Shown piece after piece: positions 58,980 through 64,000 of a stretch of DNA of 64,000 nt. A model generated the notes under the pieces. That model had not been told where the DNA came from and made no database searches. It saw nothing but the letters and a program-made list of their open reading frames with translations. This DNA is from an uncultured Spirochaetota bacterium (GTDB taxonomy: Bacteria; Spirochaetota; Spirochaetia; SZUA-6; Fen-1364): NCBI GenBank assembly GCA_963734545.1, contig CAVTHO010000006.1, positions 1-64,000 of the forward strand. Direction: 5' to 3'. Position 1 is the stretch's first letter. Every line of letters begins with the position of its first letter. A program made the translations under genes and the position numbers.

Positions 58980-59354
58980 ATGGCAGAATCCAAGAAATAC
59001 TCAATCGATCTGGAAATAAAGCTCGGATATCTTCGGTTGATTGATGTGCCGGCGATCATCTCAAAGGTAACTGATGACTGGTCGAATCAGACGCTCTGTG
59101 AAGTAAACGATTGCGTTGTGCGCCTGGGGGTATTCAAGAAGGGAGAGTTTCATTGGCATAAGCATGACAAGGAAGACGAATTCTTCTTTGTCCTTGAAGG
59201 CCGATTTGTGATCGAATTGGAAGGCGAGACAATCACTCTTCTCAAACACCAAGGCTTTACAGTTCCGAAGGGTGTGCTTCACAAGACAAGCGCGCCTGTG
59301 CCGACTTCGATACTTATGATGGAGGCAGCGACGGTCAAGCCAACCGGAGACTGA
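58980..59354 (+). CDS. Cupin-domain protein
   Basis: GEFHWHKHDKEDEFF...VPKGVLH. Confidence 0.88.
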   Translation: MAESKKYSIDLEIKLGYLRLIDVPAIISKVTDDWSNQTLCEVNDCVVRLGVFKKGEFHWHKHDKEDEFFFVLEGRFVIELEGETITLLKHQGFTVPKGVLHKTSAPVPTSILMMEAATVKPTGD

Positions 59355-59534
59355 AGGGCATGGACTATCACGGAGTGGCGAGCTCCCCAATGCCGATCCG
59401 CGGGAAAAACAGATGGATATCGAAGGTCTCAGAAGACTAGGCAAACCTTATGTCCTCGGCATCGGTCCACAGGAAGTGCCTGCAAGCAAAGAGGTCAAGA
59501 CCGTCAGCATGAGGAAAGCAAACGAGGAAGTGAT

Positions 59535-59972
59535 ATGCCGCACAATGAATATTGTCTGGGTGATTACCTCATAAGCACAAATCGTGAGAAGTTGGACCTG
59601 AGGGTGATCCACGAGTATCTATCTGGCCAATCATATTGGGCACAAGGCAGGCCGATCGACATTGTCAAACGGTCTGTCGAGAACTCACTTTGTTTCGGCC
59701 TGTACCGCTTATCCGGTGGGCAGATCGGCTTCGCCCGCGTCGTGACCGACTATGCAACTTTCGGCTGGCTGTGTGACGTGTTCGTTCTAGACGAAGGAAA
59801 AGGCAGGGGCTTGGGCAAGTGGTTGATACGAACCATAGTAGACTGTCCAGAGCTGAAGCAACTCAAGAGGATCATGCTCGCAACGAGGGATGCGCATGCG
59901 CTCTACAAGCGGTATGGTGGATTTGAAAGTCTCAAAGAACCCGCAAAATGGATGGAGCGCACGGGGGTCTAG
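59535..59972 (+). CDS. GNAT acetyltransferase
   Basis: FARVVTDYATFGWLCDVFV...GRGLGK...ATRDAH. Confidence 0.9.
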   Translation: MPHNEYCLGDYLISTNREKLDLRVIHEYLSGQSYWAQGRPIDIVKRSVENSLCFGLYRLSGGQIGFARVVTDYATFGWLCDVFVLDEGKGRGLGKWLIRTIVDCPELKQLKRIMLATRDAHALYKRYGGFESLKEPAKWMERTGV

Positions 59973-60133
59973 CACACTGATCGGGGGCGCGGCTCAACCC
60001 CCTATTGCTCGCGCTTCCCTTGAAATGTGTGATGGAACAACCTTACCATGCATATTGTAGGTATTCATTGACGAAAGCATTGCGGGCAATCCAGGCCGTA
60101 TTTGCAGGAAATGTAGAGTTGGCGAGGAGACAA

Positions 60134-60745
60134 ATGGGTAAGTTGCTCATTACGACCTTCTTGACAGCGGCGATGATCGCATCATCGGTTCAGGTATCTG
60201 CTGGCTCAAACGAAAACCAGAGCACAGCATGCATTGTCATGATAGTCGCTCCAAAGGACTTTACCGATCAAGAGTATTTTGATCCACGGAAGGTCTTCGA
60301 AAATGCGGGAGCGCGTGTAAGGGTGGCGAGTACCACGACCCGGCCAGCGGTGAGCCACAACCTGGCAAAAGTCAGGGTTGACCAGGCAATTTCCGACATC
60401 AGACTTGACCAGGTGGATGCGATAGTAGTAGTCGGGGGGATGGGGGCTGCAACCTACCTCATGAATGACGAAAGCCTGCGAAATCTTCTCGTTGCAGCCA
60501 GTAAATCAAACAAGGTTGTGTCGGCCATCTGCATCGCGCCGGCAGTCCTTGCGCGCGCGGGGGTATTGCGAAACAGGGAAGCGACCTGCTATGCCGATAA
60601 GACGATAATTGGTGCTTTAAAAATGAACGGAGCGGCGTACCTGGACAGGGAGGTTGTGGTATCTGGAAGGATCGTGACCGGGAACGGACCAGGTGCGGCA
60701 AAGGAATTTGCAGCCACGGTCCTTGCGGGAATCGGCAAAAGCTGA
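60134..60745 (+). CDS. DJ-1/PfpI family protein (secreted)
   Basis: DFTDQEY, VVGGMG, SAICIAP, VTGNGP. Confidence 0.88.
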   Translation: MGKLLITTFLTAAMIASSVQVSAGSNENQSTACIVMIVAPKDFTDQEYFDPRKVFENAGARVRVASTTTRPAVSHNLAKVRVDQAISDIRLDQVDAIVVVGGMGAATYLMNDESLRNLLVAASKSNKVVSAICIAPAVLARAGVLRNREATCYADKTIIGALKMNGAAYLDREVVVSGRIVTGNGPGAAKEFAATVLAGIGKS

Positions 60746-60788
60746 ATCAAGCATATCTGCTTTGAGTCCGTTCGATGGGAGGCGAAAA

Positions 60789-61577
60789 ATGAAGGTCATT
60801 GATCTGCCTGCAGAACACGAAAAATCATACTTCCAATGCCTTGAGGAATGGTCAGACGAAATACGTGAGGCCGGTGACCATAAGAAACAATGGTTCGAAA
60901 AGATGAAAGGTCAAGGGCTTCGCGTAAAGGTTGCCGTAGACGAACAAGGGACAGTGGGGGGCATGATACAATACATTCCAATAGAGAAAGTGCTCGTTGA
61001 CGGAAAAGGCCTCTACTATATGTATTGCATCTGGGTACATGGACACAGCAAAGGCCGGGGCAATCACCAGAAGAAGGGCTTGGGGAAGGCACTCCTTCAA
61101 GCTGCCGAGGACGATGTGAAGCAGCTTGGAGGCAAGGGTTTCGTCGTGTGGGGCCTGTCTCTTCCATTTTTTATGAGAGCCGCCTGGTTCAGGAGACAAG
61201 GATATCAACGGGTTGATCGAGACGGGATTCAAGAGTTGCTCTGGAAGCGATTTGACGAGGATGCTGCTCCGCCAAGATGGATCCGGCAAAGGAAGAAACC
61301 GTCGGCAGAACCAGTGAAGGTGGTTGTTACATGTTTGAAGAATGGGTGGTGCCCGGCACAGAACCTCAGCTATGAACGCGCAAAGCGTGCCGCAAATGAG
61401 CTTGGGAACAATGTAGTATTCAGGGAAATCGATACCTTCAATAGAGAGGTTGCTGCTGAATGGGGAATCTCCGATGCGCTGTTTGTTGATGGCAAGCAGG
61501 TACGAACAGGACCCCCTCCTACCTATGACAGGATCAGGAAATTGATCCAAAAGAAACTCAAGGCGCGTAACCGCTAG
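60789..61577 (+). CDS. GNAT acetyltransferase (YoaP-like)
   Basis: CIWV...QKKGLGKALL; C-terminal WCP thioredoxin-like segment. Confidence 0.78.
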   Translation: MKVIDLPAEHEKSYFQCLEEWSDEIREAGDHKKQWFEKMKGQGLRVKVAVDEQGTVGGMIQYIPIEKVLVDGKGLYYMYCIWVHGHSKGRGNHQKKGLGKALLQAAEDDVKQLGGKGFVVWGLSLPFFMRAAWFRRQGYQRVDRDGIQELLWKRFDEDAAPPRWIRQRKKPSAEPVKVVVTCLKNGWCPAQNLSYERAKRAANELGNNVVFREIDTFNREVAAEWGISDALFVDGKQVRTGPPPTYDRIRKLIQKKLKARNR

Positions 61578-61640
61578 GGTTGGCGACGTCCCTTTGACCT
61601 CGCGCATCGAAACGGTATAGAATTTGCCGAGGGCTGAACA

Positions 61641-62276
61641 TTGCCGGAATTGTCTTCCATTTCCGTATTCCTTCTCGCCGCGCTCGGCCTGCTCCTGATT
61701 CCGGGCCCGGCGGTTCTCTATATTGTGACGCGAAGCGTCGCTCACGGCAGAAAAGCCGGACTCGCCTCGGTTTTAGGAATTGAACTTGCGACCCTTTGCC
61801 ATTCAATGGCCGCAGCTTTCGGGCTGTCAGCGATCCTTCTCGCCTCTTCTCTGGCATTCAGCCTGGTCAAATATCTCGGTGCAGGCTACCTGATATACCT
61901 GGGCATCAGAACGATTTTCTCGAGGTCCGTTTCCCCGGCGAAGGACGATTCGTCAACTCCGAGTCTTTCGCAGATGTTCCAGAAGGGGTTCCTTGTCAAC
62001 CTGTTGAACCCAAAGACGGCGCTATTCTTTTACGCATTCCTTCCGCAATTCGTTGACCCGGCCCGTGGTTCGTCGATTCTACAGATACTGCTGCTGGGGG
62101 CGCTGTTTGTTGTTTTGGCAACTATTACGGACAGTACGTATGCGCTCATCTCCTCGGGTGTCGGCAGAATGATCACTCAAAGAGCGGGCTTCCAGCGAAT
62201 CCAGAAGTATGTCACCGGCGGGATTTACATTTCTCTCGGAGTAGCTGCTGCAGTGTCAGGATCCGGAAAGAAGTAG
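61641..62276 (+). CDS. LysE/RhtB translocator
   Basis: IPGPAV...KYLGAGYLIYLG...NLLNPKTALF. Confidence 0.9.
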   Translation: MPELSSISVFLLAALGLLLIPGPAVLYIVTRSVAHGRKAGLASVLGIELATLCHSMAAAFGLSAILLASSLAFSLVKYLGAGYLIYLGIRTIFSRSVSPAKDDSSTPSLSQMFQKGFLVNLLNPKTALFFYAFLPQFVDPARGSSILQILLLGALFVVLATITDSTYALISSGVGRMITQRAGFQRIQKYVTGGIYISLGVAAAVSGSGKK

Positions 62277-62299
62277 GATCACATCGCAAAGGGGGGGCA

Positions 62300-62737
62300 A
62301 TGAAAGCCTTGGTGGTTTTTGACTCAACCTGGGGCAACACAGAGAAAATAGCGCACGCTGTTGCATCAGGAATTGGGGGAGGCACGAAAGCGCATCGGGT
62401 CGGCGCCATCGATGCAAAGCGATTTGAGGCCATAGATCTTCTCGTGGTGGGATCACCAATACTCGGGGGGCGGCCTTCTCCTGCCATTCAGGGATATATC
62501 AATTCCATTCCCGAGGCGGCTGCCAAGAAATTGCGCGTTGCGACCTTCGACACCCGGCTGATGATGAGATTCGCAAAGATATTTGGATACGCCGCAGTAC
62601 GGATGGCAGATCAACTGAAAGACAAGGGATGTACGCTGAGATCGACGGAAGGATTTTTCGTGAAAGGTCGCAGCGGTCCGCTGGCTGACGGAGAATTGGC
62701 TCGCGCAAGTGAATGGGGCAGCAAGCTAAGGTCCTGA
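62300..62737 (+). CDS. Flavodoxin-family protein
   Basis: DSTWGNTEKIA...GSP...ATFDTR. Confidence 0.88.
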   Translation: MKALVVFDSTWGNTEKIAHAVASGIGGGTKAHRVGAIDAKRFEAIDLLVVGSPILGGRPSPAIQGYINSIPEAAAKKLRVATFDTRLMMRFAKIFGYAAVRMADQLKDKGCTLRSTEGFFVKGRSGPLADGELARASEWGSKLRS

Positions 62738-62904
62738 TCGGCTGCATCCAACTCCTTTCCCGGCTATTCTCAGGGACCGGAAGCTTCGAAGACACCGCGA
62801 CGGTTATTGGCTTCGGGATTGGAGTGGACACCTGGGCGAGTCTTGTGCGTGACCTGACGGATGCGGTACTGGCGCGCTAGGGATTATCGACATGAAGGCC
62901 TACG

Positions 62905-63090
62905 AGGCCGCTCTCTTTTTCGCTCAGCGATCCTAATTCGTTCTCTTGCAGTTTTGTTCAAGAGCTGCTCCGCCACGCGGATCGCCGATGTGTTGAGCCC
63001 GGCGCTCCTCTTGCCGATGTTCCGCAAGGCCCCGCTCACCGCCTTCTTGACATAGTTCCTCTCATCGGCTGCTCCCGCAATGATGTGGGG
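62905..63090 (-). pseudogene. DNA alkylation repair (AlkD-like) C-terminal fragment
   Basis: Minus strand reads AADERNYVKKAVSGALRNIGKRS. Confidence 0.55.
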
Positions 63091-63250
63091 GTAGAGATCA
63101 GGTGCTTATATGAATTCCCGCACGGACATGTGCGAAGTGAAATTTAATATAGTAGACATCGAAGTCGGCGTGAATTGCGGAGTATGACGATGAGTGAGAG
63201 TTGCATTGCGCGAAGCGTCGGATATACTTCTATTCGAGGAGAAGCGAGAA

Positions 63251-63682
63251 ATGCTGATGGAAATCTCCAGTCTCATCACTCCTGAAGTCTATGAAGTGAT
63301 ATACCGAATGGGGCATATGGACGAACTGGTAATAGCAGACGCGAACTACTGCGCGTCTGCGTTGAGCGGCAAGGTGGTATTCTGCTATGCGCAGGAGAAC
63401 CATGCACTATTGGCTGAAATCCTGAAATACTTTCCGCTGGACGACGATGAAGAGTTTCCCATCAACGTTATGACCCCCGACCATGGATACATCCACGAGC
63501 CACAGATCTGGAACGATTACCAGAATGTTCTCGCCCGTACGTATGATTCAAGGAAGCTGCAGCTCAACAAGATCTCGCGGCAGGAATTCTATCTGAGAAC
63601 CAGGAATGCATACGCCACGATACAAACGTCGGACCCCCGGCTTTATGCGGACATCATACTCAAGAAAGGCGTGGTGCTGTGA
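63251..63682 (+). CDS. RbsD/FucU-family sugar mutarotase
   Basis: MGHMDELVIADANY...FY...TSDPRLYADIILKKGV. Confidence 0.85.
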   Translation: MLMEISSLITPEVYEVIYRMGHMDELVIADANYCASALSGKVVFCYAQENHALLAEILKYFPLDDDEEFPINVMTPDHGYIHEPQIWNDYQNVLARTYDSRKLQLNKISRQEFYLRTRNAYATIQTSDPRLYADIILKKGVVL

Positions 63683-64000
63683 TCGAGAAGGGGATGTACG
63701 TCGCTTCCGGCAGCTTGCCTGGCATGTGCCGCCGCGCAGACGCGCTGCCTGCATAGTGGCAACAAAGCTGTGTCCAAAACTCATCCTGGAAGGCACTCGG
63801 CTCACTCTGAAGACCGAAATCGCTTTTGCCCTCAATGAAGATGCACGCATAGTCGGCCCGCGAAAGTATCGATACCATTCCCCGCTGATATCAGCTGAAT
63901 GGTGCTCCTTCACGAACTTCCCCTGGGGGCGAGGACTCATCAACTTTTTGCCCGAAGAGGAAGACCAGGCGATCGAAACGTATCACACGTGGGCGCGACT

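Noticed and set aside
60852-61745. 297-aa minus-strand ORF
   Set aside because: Antisense to a clear GNAT gene

Overview
The left ~47 kb is a large integron-like gene-cassette array. It has 23 direct-orientation ~115-bp attC-like imperfect palindromes (xxxTAAC-AAATC-GTTGCAGTTGTCCCC ... GGGGCAACTGAAC-TCTAT-GTTxxxx) between 9 and 35467, then half-sites, then a short oppositely oriented array (42.3-46.7 kb). That short array sits beside an intact tyrosine recombinase (44813-45700) which lacks the IntI-specific insertion. Cassettes carry nine toxin-antitoxin pairs, nucleotidyltransferases, a PD-(D/E)XK nuclease, hydrolases, and a recurrent ORF-less cassette. The sites are atypical: the two bulged bases are G and T on the top strand, and each cassette's two ends are complementary over 9-15 bp. 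Two IS30 types and two IS481 types are inserted at fixed distances and in fixed orientation just upstream of the sites. IS66, IS630 and IS3 remnants are also present. The right ~16 kb is a mostly co-oriented run of small stand-alone accessory genes with site remnants, possibly a decayed array. All calls come from reading the sequence; no database searches were run.
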